Below are positions 39,247 to 53,386 of a stretch of 64,000 nt of DNA, piece after piece. A model generated the notes under the pieces. The model worked only from the letters and a program-made list of their open reading frames with translations, was not told the origin of the DNA and did no database searches. Every line of letters begins with the position of its first letter. The first letter of the stretch is position 1. Source of the DNA: Mesotaenium endlicherianum. Its lineage: Eukaryota. Location of the stretch: assembly GCA_009602735.1 (NCBI GenBank), contig WELA01002119.1, forward strand, positions 66,196 to 130,195. Direction: 5' to 3'. The translations under genes were made by a program, and so were the position numbers.

Positions 39247-42200
39247 CTGCTGTTGGTCTTGCTGCTGGTGTTGCTCCTACTTCTAGATCTGCGGTGTCAT
39301 GAATAGCACGGAGGGGCAGGACTTATAGACATAAATTGGTATGTGCACCGTCATACCTCCATCTTGTTATGTGCAACCTATCACATGTGAGCTCTTCTTC
39401 TTTCGGGGACGCACCCCTTCACATGCGCCCGCAAACTTTTGGGGCTTGGGGTTGACCAAGTGCTTGCCATCCCCGTCCCCCCCCCCCCCCCCCCCCCNNN
39501 NNNNNNCCCCCCCCCCCCCCAGCTTGGCTGAAACACCTCTCAGGAGAACCCCAAGGAGTACCCTCTGTGTGATTACATTGACTGACATGCGGACGCATTG
39601 GACGTCTTCCGTGTCGTACGCTCGTGAGTGAGGAAGAGGGAGGGAGAGCTTACGACGCGCGCGTCTGGCCGGTGTGGGGTGGCGGAGCAGGTGGAGTGCC
39701 GAGACTACCGCGAGTCCGTCCTCAAGTCCATGCCCCACCGCTGGGTGGGTTCTCCCCCCCCTCTCCTGCCCCCTCCTCCTCTCCCTTGCCCTTCCTCCTC
39801 CTCCTCATCCCCCCCNTACTTCTAGTCTGGTACCATTTTCCCCCCCTGGCAGGCTCCTGTGCCCCTGCCCCCTGCCCTCTGCCAGAGTATCTCCGGCGCT
39901 GGCTGCTCCTCCGAGTTGCAGGGGGTGTTTGGCATACACACCAGTGTCAGCAAGAGCCCCCACTCACTTCTCAAAACTGAAGAAGTGACCTGTTCAGTCC
40001 TCTTGTGCCCAAGCGTGGGACAGAAGCGTCGCTCGGGCAGGAATGTGACCTTGGACCCGGGAGTCGGCTCTGTCTGGCCTGCTTGAGAGCGCGTGCCTCA
40101 ATCCCCCCTCGCCCTCTTTCTCCTCCTGGTCGATGCTGTTGATCGTTGTGTGACGCCCCATTTGAGATGCACAGGCGGTGTCACTCAGTCTCGTGCGCAC
40201 CTTGTAATTCCCACTCTTGCGTTCTCTCGCTGGAGCTGGTCTAGGCCCGTGTCCGGCGAGCATGCATGCAGGCATGCGTGTGTCTTGGCAGCTGTTCACA
40301 CGTGGTCTGGTTGCGCGCTTGGCTGGCAGGAGAGGCGGGACGACACGAGGTTTGAGCTGGTGCACTTCCGCAAGCACAGGCGGCGGCCCCACAAGGCGCT
40401 GCCCGGACCCAAGGGGGGTGCGCAGCCTCACCACGGCCCGCCTGCCCGCCACCTGGCGGGCCGCGATGCCTCCAACCCTGTGGCGCATGCTGTGAAGAAG
40501 GTCATTGAAGTTGCGCAGTCTGGCAAGTCTGCCAAGGTGGGCTCCTGCCGCTGATCCAGCCATTTCTCCTTCTGTTTCTCGCGCTCCTGCTCCTGCTCCT
40601 GCTCCTGCCCCTGCTCCTTCTCCTCTTTCTCCTCCTGCTTTTATTACTGTTCCTGCTGCTGCTGCTGCTGCTTCCGCTCCTGTTGCTGCCGATACTGCTA
40701 CTGTGGTGTCCAGATCTGAGAAGCTCTGGTAGTATGTGAGCTTGCGAGCTCGTTGAGGAGAGCACGCCGCATGCTCCATGCAACCCCGCCTCTGCAGCGT
40801 GACTTGGCCCGTTCGCCTGCTGTTGCCTGGCCATGATGCCCTTGGGTGCGGGGCATGAATGGCATCCTCCTACCTAGAGTGCCTGCTTGCTTGGGGGTGC
40901 TGGGCTGCCTCTGATGACACCGGCTCCTCCAAGTCTCTAGAGAGGCCCTTCGATTGCTCTCAGCACTTGGTGTGGTATCTCATGTGCTGTTGCTGAGCGA
41001 AGAATCTGCGTCGTTGTTTGTGGCGAGTGCCGTTGCTCGGGACGCTTTAGAAGGGCGAGCACCACCCCGCACACGTGAACGGCACGGCGCACTGGTGGGC
41101 GCCCAACGCCATGGTGGTGCATCTCAAGGAGGGCATCGAGGCCATCCACCTGTACAGCGGCCGCACCATCTGCAAGGTCGGACCCTCTTCCCCCCCCGCA
41201 CGTGCCGCCTGTTGCTCAGAGCGGTTCTTGCGTATGTTCCAGACTTGCGGGGACACAAAAGACCTGAATGGGAACGGAGTCTCTCCTCCGCAGCAAGGGG
41301 CGCTGCTGAGGAGATCTGCGTGCCTCCCTCAGAGGGACCTGTTGAGGCCTAGGTACCGTGTGTGCAAGTGCGTGCGAATGTCAAACGAGAGTGGGGTTTG
41401 CTCCGCTCGCAGAGTGGACTAGCACATTGCCCAGGGAAACGACGAAAGAAGGAAGCTGGCGTTTACTGTCCATGTCAATGACTGCCGCCTCGCCAGCCTG
41501 CACGCCACGCCAAACTACAGTTGCCTGCGAGGAGACAAGCAGGCTGGGGTGCTCTTCATGGGCCCCTCGGGGCCTACGCAGATTCTGAGTCTTCCCCCTC
41601 TTTATTTCTGGTTCTGCTTCTGCTTCTGCAAGGCTTCTATATTTGCTCTGCTTGAATTTGCTTTTCGTGTCCTCTGGCCCTCAGGGTTTCCTTTCCCCAG
41701 TTCTCCTGCCTTGCCTAATGTCTGCCTCCTCTCACGCCACAGCTGGATTCAAGCCCGCGTCTCACAAACACAGGGTGTTGTCTTCTTGCGGGTGGGTGCA
41801 GCTCCTGCTGACAGCTGGCGGCCTGCACGCTGATATCAACGGCGACGGAGTGTTGGACCATGTGCAGGTGCACCTGCGCTTGCTGACCCCTCTTTGCCCG
41901 TCGGCTTGCTTGCCCCCGGCCAGAGTTGGTGCGGGCTGTAAAGTGCACGCAGGACTCGGTCTCAGGCAGCAGTCACGGGGGGTAGCACAGGGTGAAGGAG
42001 ACAGGCCCAGGGGCCACCAGGGTGGGATGGCTGGGAAGCAAGGCCGTTCCATTCTTCAGTGGCTCTGAGCTGCTCTCTGGGGAAACTGGTGCCCCCATGA
42101 GCTGTAGGATGCAACTTGTCAGTATGGCTGTTCTCCTCGTGCGCGGCGTGCTGTCCAGCAGTTCTCACGCTTGCTGTAATTATCCAGTCATCGTCGCACT

Positions 42201-42830
42201 GCACCGGTCCTACCCCATCAATCCTGGTGTTTAATCTGAGCTCCACCTCGCATGCCCCGGGGCATTTTTTTGAATGGGGGAGGGGGGGACAGGTCTCAGG
42301 AGCACACACGGGGGAGTCCACGATGGCAGCGGGCGCGGAGAGCCCCATGAAGCCGTGCTGGGCGGTGGCTACGTCGGGCGTGCCGGTGAAGGAGCAGCTC
42401 TTCAACGGTTCCGTCTGCAAGCACTCCCCCTCTGAGCGCTACTCCGAGATGTTTGGGTTTGGCCACCGTGGATTCGGGTACATCCCATTCTGCGCTCCAC
42501 CCATATGCCCCTGCCATTGCCCTTGCCCCTGCCCCTACACCTGCTCCTTCCCCCCCCCCACCATCTTTCCTTCCCTTCTAAATTATTCTGTCCACCCCTG
42601 TTACCACCACCTTCTCCTTCCCAAGCTCCCCCGGGCCCCCCAGCCCTCTCTCCCCCCTTCCGCGGGGCCCTTTATTTCCCTCACCCCCTCTCTCTTGCCC
42701 CCCGGGGTACTTCCTTCTTTGATTGCCTGCTGCACTCTGGCCGCTGGAGTATGAGCGCCAAGGGGCATCCCCCCTGCATGCAGCTCACAGGCATGCAGCT
42801 GCTGCTGTTTCGGGCCCACTCCCGGCTTGT

Positions 42831-42866
<36 letters not shown>

Positions 42867-44449
42867 TCCTGCCGCTGAGGTGCGTGTGTGTGAGTGTCCC
42901 TGAGGGTGCTGCCGGCAGGTGTCAGCCCGTGTGCTCGTGTAGGCTCGTGGACTATTTCTCCTGGCAGTAATGCCGCATTGCCTGAGCCGGCTGCCGCTTC
43001 TTGGCCAGCTTCCGTGATGCAGGCGCTGGCAGCAGTCCTGACTCTCTGTGGGGCATGCCATCTGCCGTGAGCAGGGAATCCAACGAGGCAATCGAGACCA
43101 TCGAGGTGGCCACGCCCATCATCATGCCAAAGCCCGAGAAGGGCCGGCACAGGCGCCGCAGCCATGGGGACGTCATCTTCCTCAACAGCAGGGGGGAGGT
43201 ACTCACACTTGCGCGCACGTCTGGCATGCTCTTACACGCTTGTGAAGGGCAGCTTGCATGGACAACAGGCTTCTACTCAGGCGTGCGCCGTGACGTTGCG
43301 ATGCGCCCAGAAACTTGCTTGTGGGCCTGTCTGCATGCAGGCTCGCAAGCAGCATGCCTTGGCGGGCCCTCGAATGGTGCATCTCAACTATGAAAAAGAA
43401 GAGCGTGCTCTCTGTCTGGCAAAAGAGCGCTGGTTTGACCACACAGACCCTTTGACAGTTATCGGGATGACAAAGCACTGGTGACAGATGTCAGATAAGG
43501 TCTCCCTGCGGCGACTGATGATCATACGCACTAACACGCTCGCGCGCGCGCACGCCTCGGCTGTGTGTGTGTGTGTGTGTGTGTGCGTGTCTCTGCAGGT
43601 CACTGCATACACCGTCGAGGGCGGCGTGCACCACCACCACGGCAAGATGAGATGGCAGGTCTCCAGCGACGCCCACTGGTACAACGAGCGGGGGCCAGCT
43701 GGCTTCGACAACGACCCCGTGGTCCCCACCCTGATGGCGCTGCCCCTCAGGGTGGGCGGCCCCCCCGAAGTCATCCTGGCAGGTGGCGAGAGCGCGGCCG
43801 TCGTGCTGTCCCCCCATGGCGTGGAGGAGACGTCCTTCAGCGTCCCCATGGGCTCCGTGTCTCCCTTTGTGGTGGCCGATTTCAACAACGACAATCTCAA
43901 CGACCTCATCCTTGTGACAGCGTTGGGCCTCTACGGCTTCCAGCAGGTGCGCCTCCTTCTGTCCTCCCGCATCCGCATAACCATGTGTGATGACGTGACT
44001 TTTTCTACTTCACTCCCCGTGTGAGTCTCGCCCCCCTATGTAGTATGTTACTCTTTCCATGTTACTGCACGTCCCCCTCCCCCCCCTTGTCAGGCCGTGG
44101 TTGTCGAGGGCACTTATACAGTCCCTGTGACTCCTAGTGCAGATTGCCTGTGCTTGTCAGTGGAGGCAGTATCTTAGATGCGGTACATTACTGAGCGTAC
44201 ATAATGCGAGGTCATGTATCTGGTTTCGGCCCACTGCTTTCGAAAGTGAGTGTTGCTTAGTGATGTTATCAGCTTGATAACTGAAGGCAACGTTGTGGCC
44301 AATGTTTTGTTGTGCAGGTTCGCCAACCTGGAGCTGTTTTGTTCTCCTCCTTGTTGGGAGTTCTCATCCTTTGCATGGGCGTAGTTTTTGTTACTCAGCA
44401 CGTGGGACCTGCGAGAGGCAAACCTCGAAAGGGCCGCAGTACGGATTAA
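34441..44449 (+). CDS. NERD1: FG-GAP (integrin-alpha-like beta-propeller) repeat membrane protein, NERD1/At3g51050-like, 709 aa
   Basis: 15 exons, phases consistent: 34441-34503 (MRKRDLGILLISAFSIFLTLQ, signal/anchor), 35663-35821 (PPPVVIDLNGDGRPEV), 36410-36670, 37425-37544, 37825-37902, 38449-38556, 38990-39088 (LPQHNYKLDA), 39691-39744 (ECRDYRESVLKSMPHRW), 40330-40536, 41051-41176 (WWAPNAMVVHLKEGIEAIHL), 41802-41867 (GLHADINGDGVLDHVQ), 42293-42477, 43075-43198, 43599-43946 (VADFNNDNLNDLIL), 44318-44449 (C-terminal TM helix, short basic tail, TAA). Confidence 0.9.
39108..39272. repeat. (CTG/TTG)n trinucleotide microsatellite in FG-GAP intron 7
   Basis: Read directly from the sequence; it produces the spurious poly-Cys and poly-Leu ORFs in the track. 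Confidence 0.9.
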
Positions 44450-47400
44450 GAAATAGGGGAAGCTCCTATAGCCCTTGTTACTTGCGCTACTTTCAACTGT
44501 TTATCATAGTGATTCTTAAGCAGCCCATGCGTGTAAACGGGTACCTGTAATGCGTCAAAGTGCTAGGACACAAGAAAAATTGCGCCGGTTCAAGTTGGTT
44601 CAAGTGCGTAGGAACTTATGTTATTCTGCATTTGTGTAGTTGAAGTTAAGTGGCCGTTATGCACCTGCTCCTTGAGTTGGGAGTAACAATAATGAATCCC
44701 ATGGAAACTTCTTGCTGCAACTGAATCATAGCGTTATTATATGCCAAATGGATATGCTGTTAAAACAAAATACTATGTTGATGAGCGAACTCAATGGAAT
44801 GGTGCTCATCCTGCGTCAATCGCCTATAGGCATATGCACTGACTCTTAGCACCTCCATTACTTTGATGAGTAAACACCTTCCAATATTGTAGTCATTCTC
44901 CTTTTCAGATCCACTCCGTGAAATTGTAAATTTTTCAAGATTGATTTCGTGGATCCTTATTCAAAGTATAATTTAGAAGGGATATATATATATATATAAA
45001 TATGTCAGGAGTAATGCAGCAACTAAGAGTGGACATGAAAGACTTCAAGAAGACCTTAAAACAAGTAGAAGACGGTTGTGTATATTTACATATGGGCATT
45101 ACTCCCTTTCTTTGCCTGTCTTCAATGTTTTCAATGTAAGTATTGTTTGTAGCTTTGTCTAGCTGTTAAGATTGGAGAGAAATAATGATCAAAAGCATTA
45201 TAATTTATCAACTATTTATTAGCGCAACTTCTTTTTCATCAGAAAGCGCAATAATCAATCTTCTTATGCACGTGGAACCCCTACAGGTTTGTAAATACCA
45301 AGCTTCTAAGGACAAGTAGAAGAGGTTAATATGGCAGTCTGCGAAGATTTTTGACATGCACAAGAATGATAATTGAAAATTTTACTATCTGCGAGCAACT
45401 CTGCGCCTCCAAGCGATGCATAACGTAGCATTTGCGCCAAAGATTGCAGGGCAGAGAAAAAATAATAATAATAAGTCATCTTTAACTGCTTGCGAGATAA
45501 AGTCGTTGCCAAACCATCAAACCATGATTGGAAGTTGTCAATGAACAAAAGACCGAGAACACGCTTGGAGGGTAAAGTTGACTTGCAAAGTGTTGTGCGT
45601 TAAGAGGTCGGGCGTGCATCAGTAGTATTAGAAAAAGGCAAGTCTTGTCAGCAGGAATTGCTGCAATAAGGTCTATAATTCATGTAGCCTTCTGGCCAAA
45701 AATAGGGGCATATGTTTTAATATTCTTACTAAGGAGATCTTACTACTTAAAGTGAGCACCTCAAGTTTGAAAATTGGTTAGAAAACAACTAATGAGGTCC
45801 GGCCCAAAAGATCACTAATAGCACACTGATTTGACATTCTTAGAGTAGAACATGCAAGGGCAATAAGCTGTGACTTTGCTCACCACTTGTGAAGTTGTTT
45901 AAGTGACTGGAAACCGGCTTGGATTTCTCTTCACAAGAGTGACAAGTGGTCTTAAAAATACAAGAGATAAAAGTGTCGCCTTTACTGACAACCCTGTAAC
46001 TTACAACTTGCCACTAAGGATTTCTAGAAGATGCCTGTCTAGGAACATACTTTGGACTTTATATTTCTCAGTATCTGACAGGTGAGGCGTGAATTCAATA
46101 TATCGGGTCATGCTCCAGGGTCTACCTACTCACACACACATGTGTGTTTGGTCTACTAGCCTGTCTATTGGCTAGCCACCACTCAATCCAATCAAAAGCT
46201 AGATGCTAAATTATGCTAAGTGCTTTTGACTGGCCGAATTTTACCTTCACCAATGCGTGCTAGATAGTGCCTCAAAAGTAAATCTTTAAAGGTAGGCTTC
46301 CTGTAACTGTCGATGATGCAGTCACCAAGTTATAACCAATTTGGTGCACTATTACAATGAAAATGCAAAGTATTTATGCTATGGATGGCCCGTTGATTTA
46401 TAGGTAGAGTGCTAATGCTCTTTTGGGGTCGCGAAGAGTTCAACGTGTGTCCTTTAAATTAGATGAGTCGCGTCATGGACTTTAGAGCGTTCACACTTGG
46501 CTGCGTTAAGAATTGGTAGGTAGCTTTTACTAAAATGCAAATATCTTTCTCAAAATTTTTTCAAATGATGCGAACCCAATCGAGTTTGGAATATGGCTCG
46601 ATGCTCTACAGATAATGAATCAATATATTGGTAGATATTAATTCATTCAATTATAATGATTAGATAAGTTCAATTTGCAGAATTCTAGTTAATATTTGGT
46701 CCACTAGACTTTTAGTAATATTCAATATAATGACTTAGCCGAGAGTAGTAGGATGAAATTCAGCTTGCTGACACATTCTTTGACAACCAGCTGACTGCCT
46801 TAAGCGATACTAGCGAACCGCCTAGTAATGCATCTTAGGGTAATATGCAAGATGAATTACCGGATGATCGACACCTAATGCGGATGGCATTCAGGATGAT
46901 GGGTGATGGCTATATATTTGGTTAGCCTATCTCCTACCGAGGAGGTTAACTCCCGGGTATGGGGTGCCATTGCACTTGCCGTTGAACAGTAACTCATTCC
47001 ATGTACATATTTTAGGTATTGCTACCGAGTTCGGCATTCGGAAACGAGGCCAACTCTCTGTACATACTATTGAGATAATATTCGAATCCAAGGCTACAAG
47101 CCGTTACACAAACTGCTCACTAACCTTGCTTTCATGGGAGTTTATTGATTGCATGATTGATGCTCGTTACTTGCATGTGACTTGTGAGTATTGCTTACGC
47201 TAGCTATGTGGACGACCAAGATCCATAGCAAAAACTCTATAAGTTATGAAGAATGTGTTCGAAGTCGACGAAATACGTAGCTTTGTTTCATTAAACACTA
47301 TGATTGGTTTCTTACTTGGGCAAACTATTTGCGTTGCGGTCGTGGACAATTGTATCGCGACAACAAGTCAATTCAAAAAGCCATCCAACTTTCATTGTTA

Positions 47401-49262
47401 TTGTGTGCACAACCAATTGTCTGCATATAGAAACTTCGGAACAATCAAAATCAAGTTGACTTAATAAGGATTGTTTCATATGATTGAAACTATCTTCGAC
47501 ATCCTTTTTTTTCCCTTGATCTTCTTTAATTTTTGTGCTCGATAGTAGAAACACACGGTGACAAACCAACCCAAAAAGTTGGCACAACATCATCATCCAT
47601 TAATGTAAGTGGTCACCAATCTTAACAATTGGAAACAAACTTTATGTCATATTTTGATCGTATTTTAAGTCTTCCACTTGGACCAACGATGCATACACGC
47701 ACATTCAAGGGTCGAGCACCCCTTTAAGGCCATTTCTATGCTCGCAAGCGGAGTATTGTGCAACTCTTATTATGTGCAAAATTAAGTTTACGCTTTGGTC
47801 CTTCAAAGCGTCAGAATGTAGCTGTGGGGGGGGGGGGGTGAAGTAGGCCTTTTTTGAGGTCGACACGTGCACCCGTATTAGTGCATAAGTTTGAAGTTCA
47901 AGTGCTTGAATGTTTCATTGCATCTAAGAGTAAGTTTCAGAGAAGGTGACAAGAATATCAAAGGTCTCTATTCAAGTTTGTCATTACACATCAAGCAACT
48001 ACAGTCCAAGTATATTGCATGGTGTCTTGTGATTTTTGTAATACTTGATTCGGGTCTTAAGCATTACGTTAAACTACGCGTCATTGCAAAAATTGAATGT
48101 ATGGTTGACAAATGTACGTGCTTGCTTGCTAATTCTTTCACCACGGTTCTTCTTCATTAGGGAGATGAATGGCGATGGTATTACTAGAAAGCCCTTGATT
48201 GTGAGACACACGAAGGCGACTAGCAGCTGCCTTGGTTGTTGACTAAAAGTCAAATAGACTCATGAAGACTTATGTGCTGCTCTGGTATTCAACGAGTGAA
48301 CCAAAAGTTGGGCCAAGAAATTGTAAAGTATTTCTTGCTTGGAGTACTATCACGTACGACGTCAAGTTTTAAACAAAGGAAAGAGAAGTCAAAAGTATTC
48401 AACAATCGAAGCCACTTACAAGCAAAAATCAAGCCGAAATGATGAGTTTGAGTATAATTGCATTCAGCTTTTGTTGTTTATGTTGTGCACTAAGAAGGAA
48501 GGATTCCAAAACCCGCCACTTGTGATCGAGGACTACTTAGATCAACAAAGACATGTAAAAAAATACCGATACGAAGCTCTTAACTAAAATGTGTAAACGG
48601 GCTGCAGCTGGTTCCGCTGGTCATGCACGCGCCTGGTCTCGCTGCGTCGCGCGACACACAAGGCAGGCTCAGTCAGGCCTGTGGCATTGTGCCATCTGTA
48701 CGTTCAGCATTGTGATGAGCCGGAGCAAAGGACCAGGTTGATAACGTACCCAAAATTGCAGATGCTTAATTCTGCATTATTCGCCAAATTAAACAAATGA
48801 GAGGTCCTTTTCGTGCTTTCGCTCATCAACTTAGCAGAGCCAGAGAGAAGGCAACCACAATCAGCAACGATTACTGTTCGTCAAGCCAGTTCTCACTGGT
48901 CGCTGCGGGTGGCCATGTCGACGGAGCTATATTGTTGCTGGGACTTCGCAGACCAAAGCGGCAAACACTTTTCTTTGGTTCTCGATCTAATTTGATTTTG
49001 TAGCAGGAACACTCACGTCGATACAGAAGAAATTAGTGATTCCGGAAAAGGCCGAAGCTTGACCTTGGGAACAGGCAACCGAGATCACTCTGTTTCCAAC
49101 GTCTGTGTTTCCTGTATTTGAATGACCTGTAACGTGTAACGATTTGGATTGGTGATATATGAACCCTGCGCTGGAGGAAGCATTCTCTTGAAAACATTGG
49201 GTACCTATAGCAAGTATTGTTACTGACACCTGTTTTGGCCGTTGCTTAATAAGCTGCGGGTC

Positions 49263-52200
49263 ATGGGGCGGAAAAAAACAGCCGAGGACCATAAGCTGAA
49301 GGACGAAGAGACGGTCAAGGGTATGTCGAATTGAGGGATTATTACCTAGACTCTAAATTTCAATCTTGAGTCCGCAACACCTTATGAATAGTAGGCGCTA
49401 GTATAGTGATGTCTTGCTGTGTTTTTGCCTCAGCCATGCTCTAAGGCCGTCCTGTTTGAAGTCCGAGCTGCCGTCTAAGATGTTATACTACCATGCGAGT
49501 GAGGGTGGTTGCAGGACAGCTGTTTTAAACAGCTGCATTCAGGTCTAAAGTGCGAGATTATTAAAGAGTTTAATATGATTTTGTACTAATGTATGCCCTC
49601 CAATTTGTGCTGTTCCAGTTGGTGACGCCGTGCTTATAAGGCCCCCTGACAAGAAGACCCCGCCTTATATAGGAGTTATACAGAACTTTGTACGGCAAAA
49701 GAATGAGGACATGGTGAAAATCCGGTGGTACTACCGGCCGGAGGAGACAATGAATGGGCGCCGGAACTTCCACGGCCAAAAGGAGCTGTTTTTGTCGGAC
49801 CACTACGACGTGACCAGCGCCGACACCATCGAGGGCAAGTGCAATGTGTACTCTTTCCAGGAGTACCAAGCGCTCTCGAGCGTGGACGACGACGAGTACT
49901 TCTGCCGCTTCGAGTATAAGGCCGCCTCCGGAGCCTTCCATCCAGATCACGTCACTGTGTAAGTCTCAGTACAGCACCTCTATCAATAGTCACCTCTAAC
50001 TTCTAACCTCTAGCAAGTAGTGGAATCAGCTGGCATTGTGATAACAAGCCAAGTGTAGCGAGGCCACCACCCCGCTAGGTCTGAATGCGTTTGTAGCCAC
50101 ACTGGTTGCTCTTCATTGCTGGACTGAGGTATAACACACCGCGTTGACGCATGTCAGCTCCCACGTTGCACGATGAGCTGCACCCTGAGCACTAGAGCTG
50201 CCAGGGCGCGGCAGCTCTCTCTCCCTCCCCTCCTCCTTGCCCAGCCTTAGAGTTCTGGGCCCATCTGTGGAGGAAGATACAACTGGCTGCAGCTCCATGT
50301 GGAGATACCCGAGGCCGGAGCCCTGCTTGAGCTTGCAGCTTGTAGCTTGCAGTTTGTGAGAAGCATCAACATTACGAAGCATCTCATGGTCTCCTGTTTG
50401 CACCACGTGCCACCCCTCGGTGGATGGTTGTGATGCAACGATGATTGTCTGACCCCAGGGTGAGCGCATGCAGCACGAAAGCATGCGAGCGTTTACTAGC
50501 AACCAGAGTGGAGGATTTGCAAGCATTTAGTGATATGCAAGAGGGGCTGTCGTCACTCCCCAGGCCTTCAAGGAGCCTCTTTGCGGCTCTAGCTGCTCTT
50601 CATGTCACAACACAGCAGCATGCTTATTGTGCTCGTGTTTTCTCCCTTACTCGTGCTGGCCATGGGTGCCTCTTACGCACGCACGCGAGCCCGGGCCTTG
50701 TATGCCCTCTGTTAGGTCAGCAGATCAGCCGCACCAGCTTCCATGCTGCATTGCTTCCACTAAGCAACAGGACCCAAGCAGGCCTTTCTCCACAGTGCCC
50801 CCTACATTTGAGTATGCTGCCCACCCTTCAGCGTTCTTAGACACATGTTGGATGGTGCCCCCTCCCAGCATCGAAAGGGGGGCTGACGTGGGCCCGGATA
50901 CATTGGTAGGGAGGGGGGCAGACTGTAGCTGCTGTGAGGACAAGGAGCCCGGCAGCCTCCTGGCATGAGCAGCGGTGGCAACTTTGGAAACACAGCCTTG
51001 AGAGTTGCAGCGAGGTGCAGTGCCTGTCGCCTTGCCTCCTGCAGTCGTCCACGCCGGCACCCCTGTCACTCGTGTCAGACCCTTGTGTCAGTCGGAAGGG
51101 GGCTGGGGTAGCACCCCCACCCCCTTCTGGGTGTTGAGTAAGATGCTCGTGCATCAGGGGATGAAAGGCCTCGGCAGGGAGGGTCTTAGCTCAGCTAGCA
51201 CAGCAGGCAGCTCTTTGCGCTCTCGTGCAGTGCGGAAGCGGCAGCACCCTCAGGCCTCCACCACCGCTAGTTGCCCCTTGCATCAGGGAGGAGGAGGAGA
51301 AGGTCTGCCAGCTCAGCTAGTACAGCATGCACAGCATGCAGCACCTGTCATCCCTGCAAGCCCCGGGGAGGGTGGCAGGTGGAAGCATCCTCTTGGCTCG
51401 CACGGTCGTAGGCTGTAGTAGCAGGCTATGGAGCTTGCTGCCTGCCTGCTCCCCTGCTCTCTCCTCCTCTCTGTCCTCAGTGCCCCTAGGTCTGCAGTGA
51501 GCTGGATGGATCTCGAGGCTTCGTGGGCTGGATCAGAGAGAGTGGCTCGGGAACAAAGCCCCCACCCCTGCTCCTGCCCCTGCCCCTGCCCTGCTTGCTG
51601 GTCAGCAGGAGGAGGGGAACCTTTGGGCTGCCAGCAAAGCCACTGCCCCCCCCCCCATATTCCCTATCAGCAGCAGCAGGAAAGGAGCCCGCGGGACCTG
51701 GGGGTGGGAAGGCCGCATGAGCTCAGTTCTGGACTCCCCACTGAGGAGTCAGTCAGTGGGTGGGCACGCCTCCGCAGGGCCGGGAGCTCTCAGCTCTGAG
51801 CTCTGAGCTTTGGTGCACACCCATTCTTTCCCGGGCCGCGTTGTTTCGTCGCTGGCGCCTCCTTACAGTACACACGCTGTTTGCAAGTGCACAGCCAAAT
51901 GGGCCGTACGCACACCCGAGTGGGGCCTAGCTTTCCCCAGTGCTGCTTCAGCCTCGAGGCGGATGGGGGTAGGGGGAATATGGGAGGGCTTATGGAGGGA
52001 GGCCCGGGGCTGAGGGTTTTTCCCGGTGCACTCTGGTGGTGCACGGCCCCTCCGGCTCTGGCCTTGCAGACTGGAGGCAATGGATGTTGGCCATTCAGAC
52101 TCCCCAGCACTAGTGGCTTCCCTCGCTCTATACCTATCTAGGGCTCTAATCTCTCGCGTCACTCAGCAGCACAGCCCTGAATGGGTCCGATCAAGATAGC

Positions 52201-52730
52201 CCTGGGGGTCATTCTGGCCTAGAGGCCAATTGGGCACACTGTCACCGGTGCTATTGAGGTTCTTGCACCCCAACTGGGCCCCGGGGCACTTGCTGTGGTG
52301 CATCACCCGGGCTTTTTCTGTTTTCACCATCCACGTGCACTGTTGAGAAGTGCCACGCTTGCATATATACAAAACACGCACACGATCTAGTCCCGGAGGG
52401 TTCTAGAGGGTTCTAAAGGGGTTTCAGAGGGTCCGCAGTGAAGCAAGGCTGAATGGACCCTGACCGAGCGCAGGCAGGTCTGGGTCCCGGGTACTATTGA
52501 ACGGGGGACCAGAGACCAGCCAGGTTACCTTCCATTATGCTGGGATCCCGAGTAGGAGATCACATGTGCTGGCCCGCCCGCTCTGCGCCTCTTCCTTCTC
52601 CTCTGAGCCGCTGGAAGTTCCAGTCGCCTCTGCCACCGCTCCCGTTTCATTGAGCAAGCTGTATGATGCCTACACGAGCAGCACCTGGTAGCCCTGCAAG
52701 AAATGGGGGGCTCACTCTGGCCTGTGAGCT

Positions 52731-52781
<51 letters not shown>

Positions 52782-53299
52782 NNNNNNNNNNNNNNNNNNN
52801 NNNNNNNNNNNNNNNNNNNNNNNNNNNNNNNNNNNNNNNNNNNNNNNNNNNNNNNNNNNNNNNNNNNNNNNNNNNNNNNNNNNNNNNNNNNNNNNNNNNN
52901 NNNNNNNNNNNNNNNNNNNNNNNNNNNNNNNNNNNNNNNNNNNNNNNNNNNNNNNNNNNNNNNNNNNNNNNNNNNNNNNNNNNNNNNNNNNNNNNNNNNN
53001 NNNNNNNNNNNNNNNNNNNNNNNNNNNNNNNNNNNNNNNNNNNNNNNNNNNNNNNNNNNNNNNNNNNNNNNNNNNNNNNNNNNNNNNNNNNNNNNNNNNN
53101 NNNNNNNNNNNNNNNNNNNNNNNNNNNNNNNNNNNNNNNNNNNNNNNNNNNNNNNNNNNNNNNNNNNNNNNNNNNNNNNNNNNNNNNNNNNNNNNNNNNN
53201 NNNNNNNNNNNNNNNNNNNNNNNNNNNNNNNNNNNNNNNNNNNNNNNNNNNNNNNNNNNNNNNNNNNNNNNNNNNNNNNNNNNNNNNNNNNNNNNNNNN

Positions 53300-53386
<87 letters not shown>

